Assembly (NCBI GenBank): GCA_020441905.1
Contig: JAGRLG010000072.1
Coordinates: forward strand, 10,973 to 74,972
Direction: 5' to 3'
DNA length: 64,000 nucleotides
From: Rhodobiaceae bacterium
GTDB lineage: Bacteria; Pseudomonadota; Alphaproteobacteria; Rhizobiales; NORP267
Both the position numbers and the translations under genes were made by a program. Below are positions 38,335 through 46,335 of this stretch, piece after piece. Under the pieces are notes generated by a model, which saw nothing but the letters and a program-made list of their open reading frames with translations, was not told the DNA's origin and did not search any database. Each line of letters starts with the position of its first letter. Within the stretch, counting starts at the first letter, position 1.

Positions 38335-39114
38335 ATGTCTGACGCCATCACCGGCGCCGATCACGTCGCCGATGCGGCGGCGCGCCTTGAGCAGATTCGC
38401 GCCGAGGCGCCGCGCATTCACTGCATCACCAATCTTGCCGCCAATGTCTTTACCGCCAATGTGCTGCTGGCCCTTGGCGCGGTGCCGAGCCTGACGCTGG
38501 CGCGCGAGGAGGTGGCCGATTTCGTCTCCGGTTCGCGCGCGCTGCTGGTCAATCTCGGCACCCTGGACGGCGAGCGCCGCCAGGCGATCCCGGTTGCCAT
38601 AGCCGCGGCCAGACAGGCCGGGCGGCCCTGGATCCTCGATCCGGTTTTCGCCAATCGCTCGCCGGGGCGCCTTGAGATGGCGGCGGCGCTGTGCGGGCAG
38701 GGCCCGGCGGCGATCCGCGCCAATGGCGCCGAGGTGGCGGCATTGGCGCAGGCTTTGAGGCTGGGCGAGGGCGGCGCGCGCGAACTGGCGCTGGCGGCGC
38801 GCGCCTGCGTGGCAATGACCGGCAAGCGCGACCAGGTGTGTGCCGGCGAGCGCAAGGCCGAGATTTCCAACGGCCATGAATTGATGGACAAGGTGACGGC
38901 GATGGGCTGCGCGCTGGGGGCGGTGCTGGCGGCTTTCTGCGCCGTCGAGTCCGATCCGTTTGCCGCCGCGGTGCAGGCGCTCACCGTTTTTGCCGTTGCC
39001 GGCGACGTGGCGGGAGAACAAGCGAAAGGCCCCGGCAGCTTTGTCCCGGCCTTTCTCGACGCGCTCTATGCCATCGATCAGGAAACACTCAAGAAACGGG
39101 CGCTAATTGCATGA
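38335..39114 (+). CDS. thiM: hydroxyethylthiazole kinase
   Basis: IHCITNLAANVFTANVLLALGAVP...AIRANGAEV pattern. Trimmed to ATG 38335. Confidence 0.9.
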   Translation: MSDAITGADHVADAAARLEQIRAEAPRIHCITNLAANVFTANVLLALGAVPSLTLAREEVADFVSGSRALLVNLGTLDGERRQAIPVAIAAARQAGRPWILDPVFANRSPGRLEMAAALCGQGPAAIRANGAEVAALAQALRLGEGGARELALAARACVAMTGKRDQVCAGERKAEISNGHELMDKVTAMGCALGAVLAAFCAVESDPFAAAVQALTVFAVAGDVAGEQAKGPGSFVPAFLDALYAIDQETLKKRALIA

Positions 39115-39776
39115 AAAACATGGACCTTAGTCTTTACGCCCTGGTCGATCCGGAGCAATGCGGCGGCCGCGACCTGACCGCTCTGGCGGCCATGCTCGCC
39201 GAGGGCGGCGCCAGCCTGATCCAGCTCCGCGACAAGAGCGGGTCGACCCGCGACATGGTGGCCAGGGCGCGGGCCACCGCCGCGGTGCTGTGGGCCAGCG
39301 GGGTGCCGCTGCTGGTCAATGACCGGGTGGACGTGGCGCTGGCCAGCGGCGCCGCCGGTGTCCATCTGGGGCAGAGCGACATGGGCGCGGGCGATGCCCG
39401 CACGATCATGGGGCCGGATGCCGTTATCGGCATTACGGTGCGCAGCGAAACGGAAGCTCGCGGAGCAAATCTCGAGGCTGCCGATTATGTCGGCCTTGGC
39501 GGGGTATTCGCCACCACGAGCAAGAAGAATGACACCGCTCCGATCGGCCTCGACGGGCTGGAGCGCCTTGCCGGGATCATACGCGGCCGGCGCGCCGATA
39601 TGCCGATTGTCGCCATCGCCGGGATCGACGCTTCCAATGCCGGCGCGGTCATTGCCGCCGGCGCCGACGGGGTAGCGGTCATTTCCGCCCTTGCCGGCGC
39701 GTCCGACCCGGGCGCCGCGGCGCGCGAACTGCGCGCCATTGTCGATGCCGCCCTGAGCGAAAGGAAAAAGCCATGA
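39111..39776 (+). CDS. thiE: thiamine-phosphate synthase
   Basis: LYALVD...IQLRDK...LLVNDRVD.A...GVHLGQSD...GVF.T.SK pattern. ATGA overlap with thiM. Confidence 0.9.
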   Translation: MKNMDLSLYALVDPEQCGGRDLTALAAMLAEGGASLIQLRDKSGSTRDMVARARATAAVLWASGVPLLVNDRVDVALASGAAGVHLGQSDMGAGDARTIMGPDAVIGITVRSETEARGANLEAADYVGLGGVFATTSKKNDTAPIGLDGLERLAGIIRGRRADMPIVAIAGIDASNAGAVIAAGADGVAVISALAGASDPGAAARELRAIVDAALSERKKP

Positions 39777-40660
39777 CGCCGATAGCCGTCACCATCGCCG
39801 GCTCGGATTCGTCCGGCGGCGCCGGAATTCAAGCCGATCTGAAGACTTTCTCCGCCCTTGGCGCCTATGGCGCCAGCGTCATTACCGCCCTGACGGCCCA
39901 GAACACCCTGGGCGTGCATGCCATTCATGACGTCCCGGCCGATTTCGTGCGGGCGCAGATCGACAGCGTGTTTTCCGACCTCGCGGTGCGGGCGGTCAAG
40001 ATCGGCATGCTGAGCCAGCCCGACGTCATCGAGACGGTGGCCGAGGGGCTGGACGACTACGGCATCGAGAACATCGTGCTCGACCCCGTCATGGTCGCGA
40101 CCAGCGGCGATGCGCTGATCACCGAGGAAGCGGTGGAAGTGCTGCGCGCGGTGCTGATCCCGCGCGCCCTCATCATCACGCCCAACCTGGCCGAGGCGGC
40201 GCGGCTGCTGGAAACGGCGCAGGCCGAGGACGAGGAGGACATGGCCGAGCAGGCGGCGGCGCTGCTCGAACTGGGGCCGCGGGCGGTGCTGCTCAAGGGC
40301 GGGCACGGCAAGGGCGCGGAAAGCGTCGACATCTATTTCGACGGCGAAGAGCCGGTTCGCCTGGCCTCGCCCAGGGTGGCGAGCGCCAATACCCATGGCA
40401 CCGGCTGCACCCTGTCATCGGCCATTGCCGCCGGGCTGTCGCATGGCCTCGACCTGCTCAGGGTGGTTGCCCACTCGAAAGCCTATGTGACCCAGGCCAT
40501 TGCCGAGTCGGGCCGCCTGGTGGTCGGCGCCGGCCATGGGCCGGTGCATCATTTTCACGCAATCTGGGGGCGGGTTGCGATGTTTGGTATCGAGCCTGGC
40601 GAAGCGGAGCACTCCGGGCCCCTGCCGTTTCCGAGCGTCGGGCATATAGAGGATCTTTGA
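39773..40660 (+). CDS. thiD: bifunctional hydroxymethylpyrimidine / phosphomethylpyrimidine kinase
   Basis: TIAGSDSSGGAGIQADLKTFSALGAYG...TAQNT...KIGML...HGTGCTLSSAIAAG. ATGA overlap with thiE. Confidence 0.92.
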   Translation: MTPIAVTIAGSDSSGGAGIQADLKTFSALGAYGASVITALTAQNTLGVHAIHDVPADFVRAQIDSVFSDLAVRAVKIGMLSQPDVIETVAEGLDDYGIENIVLDPVMVATSGDALITEEAVEVLRAVLIPRALIITPNLAEAARLLETAQAEDEEDMAEQAAALLELGPRAVLLKGGHGKGAESVDIYFDGEEPVRLASPRVASANTHGTGCTLSSAIAAGLSHGLDLLRVVAHSKAYVTQAIAESGRLVVGAGHGPVHHFHAIWGRVAMFGIEPGEAEHSGPLPFPSVGHIEDL

Positions 40661-41764
40661 ATGACGAAGACGATTTCGCGGCGCAGCCTGTTTGCCGCCG
40701 CCGCCAGCTCTGCGGCTCTTGCCGCTCCGGCTTTGGCCGCTCCGGCAATTTCCGCTCCGGCCAAAGCCGAGGAGCGCAAGGAATGGCGCATGGTCACATC
40801 CTGGCCCAAGAACCTGCCGGGGCCGGGGGTCACCGCCGAGCGGCTGGCCAGGCGCATCACCGCCATGTCGGCGGGGCGCCTGACGGTCAAGGTCTATTCG
40901 GCCGGCGAACTGGTCGGCGGGTTGCAGGTTTTCGATGCCATCGCCGAGGGCACGGCGGAGATGGGCCACACCGCGTCCTTCTTCTGGCAGGGCAAGATCA
41001 AGCCGGCGGTGTTCTTTACCGCCATTCCCTTCGGCCTCACCGCCATCGAGCACATGGCGTGGATCAATCATGGCGGCGGCCAGGCGCTGTGGGACGAGCT
41101 TTACGGCGCTTTCGGCATCAAGCCGTTCATGGCCGGCAATACCGGGATGTCGATGGGCGGCTGGTATCGCGACGAGATCAAGTCGCTGGAAGACCTGAAG
41201 GGGCTGAAAGTGCGCATGCCGGGCCTTGGCGGCGAAATCGTGCGCCGGCTGGGCGCAACGCCGGTTTCGGTTCCGCCATCGGAGATCGCCAATGCGCTGC
41301 AATCGGGGCTGATCGACGGCACCGAATTCCTGGGTCCCTGGAGCGACATGGCGCTCGGCTTCTACAAGGTGGCGAAAAACTATTACTGGCCCGGATTTCA
41401 TGAACCCAACGGCACGGGCGAAGCGCTGGTTTCGGCCAAGGCCTGGGGCGGCCTGCCGGAGGATCTCAAAGCAATCGTCGAGAATGCCTGCGCGGCTGAA
41501 AACGCCTTCGCGGTGGCGGAAACCGAACGCGAAAACGCGCGGGCGCTGCAAACGCTGGTCAAGGATTACGGCGTCAAGATCCACGCCTTCCCCGACGATG
41601 TGCTGAAAGCGGCCCATGGCGCGGCGGAAGAGGTGCTCCAGGGCTTTGCCGCCGAGGGCGATCTTTCGGCGCGGATTCTCGCATCCTATGAAGCGGCGCG
41701 CGGCGATGCGGTGGGCTGGTCGCGGATCTCGGCGCAGGCTTTCCTTGCGGCGCGAAACGGTTAG
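40661..41764 (+). CDS. TRAP-transporter solute-binding protein (DctP superfamily, COG4663/FcbT1-like), orphan
   Basis: Tat-type signal (SRRSLFAAAASSAALAAPALA), then W.MVTSWPKNLPG......MSAGRL.VKV..AGELV, typical of this TRAP SBP family. The ATG immediately follows the thiD TGA. No dctQ or dctM lies nearby. Confidence 0.8.
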   Translation: MTKTISRRSLFAAAASSAALAAPALAAPAISAPAKAEERKEWRMVTSWPKNLPGPGVTAERLARRITAMSAGRLTVKVYSAGELVGGLQVFDAIAEGTAEMGHTASFFWQGKIKPAVFFTAIPFGLTAIEHMAWINHGGGQALWDELYGAFGIKPFMAGNTGMSMGGWYRDEIKSLEDLKGLKVRMPGLGGEIVRRLGATPVSVPPSEIANALQSGLIDGTEFLGPWSDMALGFYKVAKNYYWPGFHEPNGTGEALVSAKAWGGLPEDLKAIVENACAAENAFAVAETERENARALQTLVKDYGVKIHAFPDDVLKAAHGAAEEVLQGFAAEGDLSARILASYEAARGDAVGWSRISAQAFLAARNG

Positions 41765-41850
41765 CCGGTTTTGCCGACAATTTGAGTCAAATTCCTGGCC
41801 GGGGCCTAATCGGATCTTGAAAGGTCCCGGCTAGTCTGCCGCTACTTCTC

Positions 41851-42102
41851 ATGCGGCGGAGCGGATCAATGAACGAACCTTCGAACGAGCGCCAGCCCGG
41901 CGACAACTCGCCCGAATATGTGGCCATGAAGATGGCCGAAATCATCCTCATCTATATCGAGAACGGCTCGTGGAACCGGATCACCCGCGAGGACTATCTC
42001 GATACCTATATCGAGTGCCTCGAAGCGGTGCGCGGCAAGCGCATGGCCCTGCCCAGGGCGCCCGGCAACGGCGCATTCGACTTCGAGACTGCGCAATTTT
42101 GA
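41851..42102 (+). CDS. hypothetical small protein
   Basis: 83-aa ORF (alternative start ATG 41869) followed by a strong terminator. I recognise no family. Confidence 0.4.
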   Translation: MRRSGSMNEPSNERQPGDNSPEYVAMKMAEIILIYIENGSWNRITREDYLDTYIECLEAVRGKRMALPRAPGNGAFDFETAQF

Positions 42103-42134
42103 ACCGATTTGCAGAAAACTGGATGAAGCTGACT

Positions 42135-42163
42135 GGCCCGGCAATTCCGCCGGGCCTTTTTTT
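42135..42163 (+). terminator. Rho-independent terminator
   Basis: GGCCCGGC-AATTCC-GCCGGGCC followed by TTTTTTT. Confidence 0.85.
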
Positions 42164-42206
42164 GTCGGCGGCGCCTGATGGCAGCCGGTCCTGTCAGCCG
42201 GGCCCG

Positions 42207-42944
42207 TCAACCGGTCGCGGCGCTTGAGGGCGACGGGGAGGACGGGCGGATCGGCTTGCCATCGACCGACCAGTGGATGCCGCATTCGGTCTTTTCCTGG
42301 CCGCGCCAGCGCCCGGCGCGCGCGTCTTCGCCCTCGGCGACCTGGCTGGTGCAGGGCACGCAACCGATGGACGGATAGCCCTGGGCCACCAGGGGGTGGG
42401 CGGGCAGGCCGTGAGTCTTGAAATATTCGGCAAGCTGTTGCGGCGTCCAGGCGGCCAGGGGATTGACCTTGATGCGCCAGTCGGCGTGTTCGACGGCGGC
42501 CAGGGCGCTGCGCTCGCCGCCATGATAGCGCTTGCGTCCGGTAATCCAGGCCGAAAAGCCGCGCAGGCCCTTTTCCATCACCTCGACCTTGCGGAACTCG
42601 CAGCAGGCATCGGAATTGATCGAATAGAGCTCGCCATGCGGGTCCTGCGCCGCAATGGCGGACGGGGAAGGGGCGACGGTGCGCACATTGGTCAGCCCGA
42701 GGCGCTCGATCAGGGTGTCGCGATAGGCCAGCGTTTCGGGAAAGAGACGGCCGGTATCGACAAAGAGAATGGCGGTCGCCGGATCTATCCTGGCCACCAT
42801 GTGGGCAAGAATGGCGGATTCGGCGCCGAAGGAGGAGACGAGGGCGATCCTGCCGGGAAAGACGTCGCGGATCATCGGGCCGAGCAATTCGCCGCCGCCC
42901 AGATGGCCGTAGTCGCGCTGCAATTGCGCAAGGGAGAGGCTCAT
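42207..42944 (-). CDS. cysH: assimilatory adenylyl-sulfate (APS)/PAPS reductase, Fe-S cluster type
   Basis: PAPS-reductase fold with the C-terminal ECGIH motif. The Cys pairs CCEFRK and GCVPCT are characteristic of [4Fe-4S] APS-reducing CysH. Confidence 0.9.
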   Translation of the reverse strand: MSLSLAQLQRDYGHLGGGELLGPMIRDVFPGRIALVSSFGAESAILAHMVARIDPATAILFVDTGRLFPETLAYRDTLIERLGLTNVRTVAPSPSAIAAQDPHGELYSINSDACCEFRKVEVMEKGLRGFSAWITGRKRYHGGERSALAAVEHADWRIKVNPLAAWTPQQLAEYFKTHGLPAHPLVAQGYPSIGCVPCTSQVAEGEDARAGRWRGQEKTECGIHWSVDGKPIRPSSPSPSSAATG

Positions 42945-43453
42945 CGGCGCTGCCTCCTCAGTTCGAAAATTTCCGCCGGTGCAAAACCCTGCCGGGCAAC
43001 ATAGCCGGTCTGGTATGTCAGCGTCATGGCGGTGGCGGCGCGGCGCCAGGCATCCTCGCTGTAGCGGTCCGAGCGCGGCGAGAAACTGTCAAAACCGATC
43101 TGGCGCATGAAGGCGATCTGGTCGGGCAGGATATCGCCCTCGGCGCGCAATTCGCCGCCATAGCCGACACGCGCGCGAAGGATGCGGGCGATGGAGTAGG
43201 CCCGGCCATCGGCGAATTTTTCAAAGGGCAGGACGATTAGGGCCAGGGCGCCGAGATAGGGCGCCAGCTCTTCGGGCTCGCCATCGACGGGAAAGAGCAC
43301 GCCGAGGGCGCCGGAGCGGGCCTTGAGGGCATCAAAATCGCGCACAAGGCGGTCGCGCGTGACAATGATGTCGCCGGAGGGTGGCAACGGGGCGTCGTCG
43401 TCAAGGGTAATGAAGCTGTCCTCGAGGAACTCGCCATTCCTAAGCAGCGGCAT
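42941..43453 (-). CDS. DUF934 domain-containing protein (sulfite-reduction associated)
   Basis: 170 aa (MPLLRNGEF...FADGRAYSIARILR...GDILPDQ..FM.R.GFD.F). The start overlaps the cysI stop by 14 nt and the stop overlaps the cysH start. The 325-aa track ORF is an extension. Confidence 0.8.
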   Translation of the reverse strand: MPLLRNGEFLEDSFITLDDDAPLPPSGDIIVTRDRLVRDFDALKARSGALGVLFPVDGEPEELAPYLGALALIVLPFEKFADGRAYSIARILRARVGYGGELRAEGDILPDQIAFMRQIGFDSFSPRSDRYSEDAWRRAATAMTLTYQTGYVARQGFAPAEIFELRRQRR

Positions 43454-45095
43454 AGAGCGCCTCCTTGAAGGGTTCGGCGCCGACGCGCCGGTAGTGATCG
43501 AGGAAAGTTTCACCCTCGCGGCGATGGGCAAGATAGACGGCAATGATCTGCTCGACGGCATCGACGATGCCTTCGTAGGAAAAGCCGCGGCCGAGAATTT
43601 CACCGATGGACGCCTGTTCGTCGCCGGAGCCGCCAAGCGTGATCTGGTAGAACTCGACCCCGGCCTTTTCCAGCCCGAGAATGCCGATATGGCCGACGTG
43701 GTGATGGCCGCAGGCATTGATGCAGCCGGAAATCTTGATCTTGAGCGGACCGATGTCGTGCTGGCGGTCGAGATCGGCGAAACGCTGCGAAAGACGCTGG
43801 GCGATGGGAATCGAGCGCGCCGTGGCCAGCGAGCAGTAATCGAGGCCGGGGCAGGAAATGATGTCGGTGACCAGCCCGATATTGGGGGTGGCGAGGCCGG
43901 CGGCCGCCAGGCCGTCAAATACCGCCTTCAGGTCCTTCTTGCGCACATAGGGCAAAACCAGGTTCTGCTCGTGGGTGACGCGGATTTCGGCGAAGGAATA
44001 GCGCTCGGCAAGATCAGCCACCGCTTCCATCTGTTCCGCCGTGGCGTCGCCCGGAATGCCGCCGATGGGCTTGAGCGAGACATTGACGATGGCATAACCG
44101 GGCACCTTGTGCGCGGCAAGCGAGGCGCGCGCCCATTCGCCGAATGCCTTGTCGGTCGCGGCGGCAAGCAGGAAGGCGGCCTCATCGCCGCTGGCGTCTT
44201 CATAAGCTGGCGGAGCGAAATAGGCGGCGATGCGCGCCAGTTCGGCGTCATCGACGGCAAAGGATTCGCGGTCGATCCTGACAAATTCGGCCTCGACCAG
44301 GCGCGTAAACTCTTCCCTGCCAAGCTCGTGGACGAGAATCTTGATGCGCGCCTTGAACTTGTTGTCGCGCCGCCCGAAGCGGTTATAGACGCGCATGATG
44401 GCTTCGACATAAGGCAGCAGATCGGCCCTGGGGAGCCATTCGCGGATGGTGGGGCCGACAAAGGGCGTGCGCCCGAGCCCGCCGCCGACAATGACCTCAA
44501 AGCCCGGTTCGCCGGCGCTGTTGCGGTGCATGCGCAGGCCGATATCGTGCACTTTCACGGCGGCGCGGTCATGGGGCGCGCCGGTGACGGCGATCTTGAA
44601 CTTGCGCGGCAGGTAGCAGAATTCCGGGTGGAGCGACGACCACTGGCGCAGCAGCTCGCAGATCGGGCGCGGGTCCTCGATCTCGTCGGCGGCAACGCCG
44701 GCCCACTGGTCGGAGGTGACATTGCGGATGCAATTGCCCGAGGTCTGGATGGCATGCATTTCCACCGAGGCCAGCTCGGCGAGGATATCGGGCATGTCGA
44801 CCAGTTGCGGCCAGTTGTACTGGATATTCTGGCGCGTCGTGAAATGGCCATAGCCGCGGTCATAATGCCTCGCGATATGGCCCAGCTTGCGCAATTGCAC
44901 CGACGACAGGGTGCCGTAGGGAATGGCGACCCGCAGCATATAGGCGTGGAGCTGGAGATAGAGTCCGTTCATCAGCCTCAGGGGCCGGAACTGGTCCTCG
45001 GTCAGCTCCCCGGACAGGCGCCGTTCGACCTGGTCGCGGAACTGCGCCACGCGCTCGCCCACGAACTGGGCGTCGAATTCGTCATAGCGGTACAT
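43440..45095 (-). CDS. cysI: assimilatory sulfite reductase hemoprotein (nitrite/sulfite reductase family)
   Basis: Two NIR_SIR ferredoxin-like/sirohaem modules. Cluster-binding Cys motifs SCPGLDYC and GCINACGHHH. Confidence 0.92.
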   Translation of the reverse strand: MYRYDEFDAQFVGERVAQFRDQVERRLSGELTEDQFRPLRLMNGLYLQLHAYMLRVAIPYGTLSSVQLRKLGHIARHYDRGYGHFTTRQNIQYNWPQLVDMPDILAELASVEMHAIQTSGNCIRNVTSDQWAGVAADEIEDPRPICELLRQWSSLHPEFCYLPRKFKIAVTGAPHDRAAVKVHDIGLRMHRNSAGEPGFEVIVGGGLGRTPFVGPTIREWLPRADLLPYVEAIMRVYNRFGRRDNKFKARIKILVHELGREEFTRLVEAEFVRIDRESFAVDDAELARIAAYFAPPAYEDASGDEAAFLLAAATDKAFGEWARASLAAHKVPGYAIVNVSLKPIGGIPGDATAEQMEAVADLAERYSFAEIRVTHEQNLVLPYVRKKDLKAVFDGLAAAGLATPNIGLVTDIISCPGLDYCSLATARSIPIAQRLSQRFADLDRQHDIGPLKIKISGCINACGHHHVGHIGILGLEKAGVEFYQITLGGSGDEQASIGEILGRGFSYEGIVDAVEQIIAVYLAHRREGETFLDHYRRVGAEPFKEALYAAA

Positions 45096-45123
45096 GGTTC
45101 AACGAAGCTCCAAATATGCCGCT

Positions 45124-45444
45124 TCAGGCGGCGGTGCCGGGGCGGAGGGCCTGGCCTGCCTGATAGCCGAGGTCGGCGCGAACGCTGGGGCCGCGGGTGC
45201 GCACATATTCCCGGTTTTTCACCGCGCGCAAGCCGGTTTCGCCTTGTGCGACCTCAATGAGATAGGGCGCAACGACAAGATTGCCTTCCTCGCCGGCGCC
45301 GGCGCGGCCAAGCAGCGCCCGGGCGGCATCCTCGCTGTCGGCGATCGACGCCTGCCCGATATCGCTGGTCCAGCGATCGTTCTCGGCCAGGAACACGACC
45401 AATCCGTTACGCAGCAGATTGGCGGTTACAATTTGCAGGCTCAT
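45124..45444 (-). CDS. DUF2849 domain-containing protein
   Basis: 106 aa (MSLQIVTANLLRNGLVVFL...) at the head of the cysI operon, as in many alphaproteobacteria. ATG 45444 follows GGGAG. Confidence 0.75.
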   Translation of the reverse strand: MSLQIVTANLLRNGLVVFLAENDRWTSDIGQASIADSEDAARALLGRAGAGEEGNLVVAPYLIEVAQGETGLRAVKNREYVRTRGPSVRADLGYQAGQALRPGTAA

Positions 45445-45695
45445 TTTCTCAACTCCCGAAGGGCCGTGCCGGCACCATCCGACTGGCCCTGCCGTGGTTA
45501 TACGCTGTCGGCGCCGTCTTGGCGCAATTCCGGCACCGTCCTGACGCATTTGGCATTTTTTGGAACTGCCTCTGCGACCGGCGCCGATTCAAGGGGCTCA
45601 GACGCTTGCGCATGCTTGCCTAATTCTTGTAGACTGACCGCAGGCTAACGTTCTGTATGCCGTCCACACGTTCTATATAAAGAACAATTAGCATC

Positions 45696-46298
45696 ATGTC
45701 AAAGAAAGACGCGCCTGAGTCCAGCGCAACGGTTGTCACCGGCAATCTGGGGAAAACCGTCCAGCGGCTGCGCAAGGCCTACAATCTGTCCCTCAGCGAG
45801 CTTTCGGAGCAGTCCGGGGTTGCGAAATCGATCATTTCGGCGATCGAGAAAAACGAGACAAACCCGACGCTGTCGACGATCTGGCGGCTGAGTCAGGCGC
45901 TCGATACAACGATCGACCGCGTGCTGTCGGAAGCGGATGAGGAGCCGTTTGTCGAAAAGATCGACAAGAACGCGACCCCGATCCTGACCTCCGACGACGG
46001 CAAGTGCCAGCTCGCCATCATCGGCTGGCTGAAAACGGTGTCGTGGCTGCAATGGTACGATTTTCGCGCCGAGCCGGGGGGCGTTCTGGAGTCGGAAGGC
46101 CACCAGCGCGGGTCGGTGGAGCATCTCTCCATTCTTTCCGGCGAGGTCGAGGTCGAGGTCGATGGCCAGACCAGGCGCGCCAAGGCTGGCGAAACGCTGC
46201 GTTATCGCTGCGACCGCGAACACATCATCCGCAATATCGGCGATGGGCCCGCCCATGCCACCATGGTGACGGTGCTGCAAGCCAGCGTGATGGACTGA
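45696..46298 (+). CDS. XRE-family HTH regulator with C-terminal cupin domain
   Basis: HTH LSLSELSEQSGVAKSIISAIEKNETNPTL plus a cupin-like C-terminus (SVEHLSILSGEVEV...AGETLRY). Same architecture as 4890..5489. Divergent from the cys operon. Confidence 0.8.
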   Translation: MSKKDAPESSATVVTGNLGKTVQRLRKAYNLSLSELSEQSGVAKSIISAIEKNETNPTLSTIWRLSQALDTTIDRVLSEADEEPFVEKIDKNATPILTSDDGKCQLAIIGWLKTVSWLQWYDFRAEPGGVLESEGHQRGSVEHLSILSGEVEVEVDGQTRRAKAGETLRYRCDREHIIRNIGDGPAHATMVTVLQASVMD

Positions 46299-46335
46299 CG
46301 GTCCGCACTCACGATTTGCCGGCCGGTTTGCCGGG

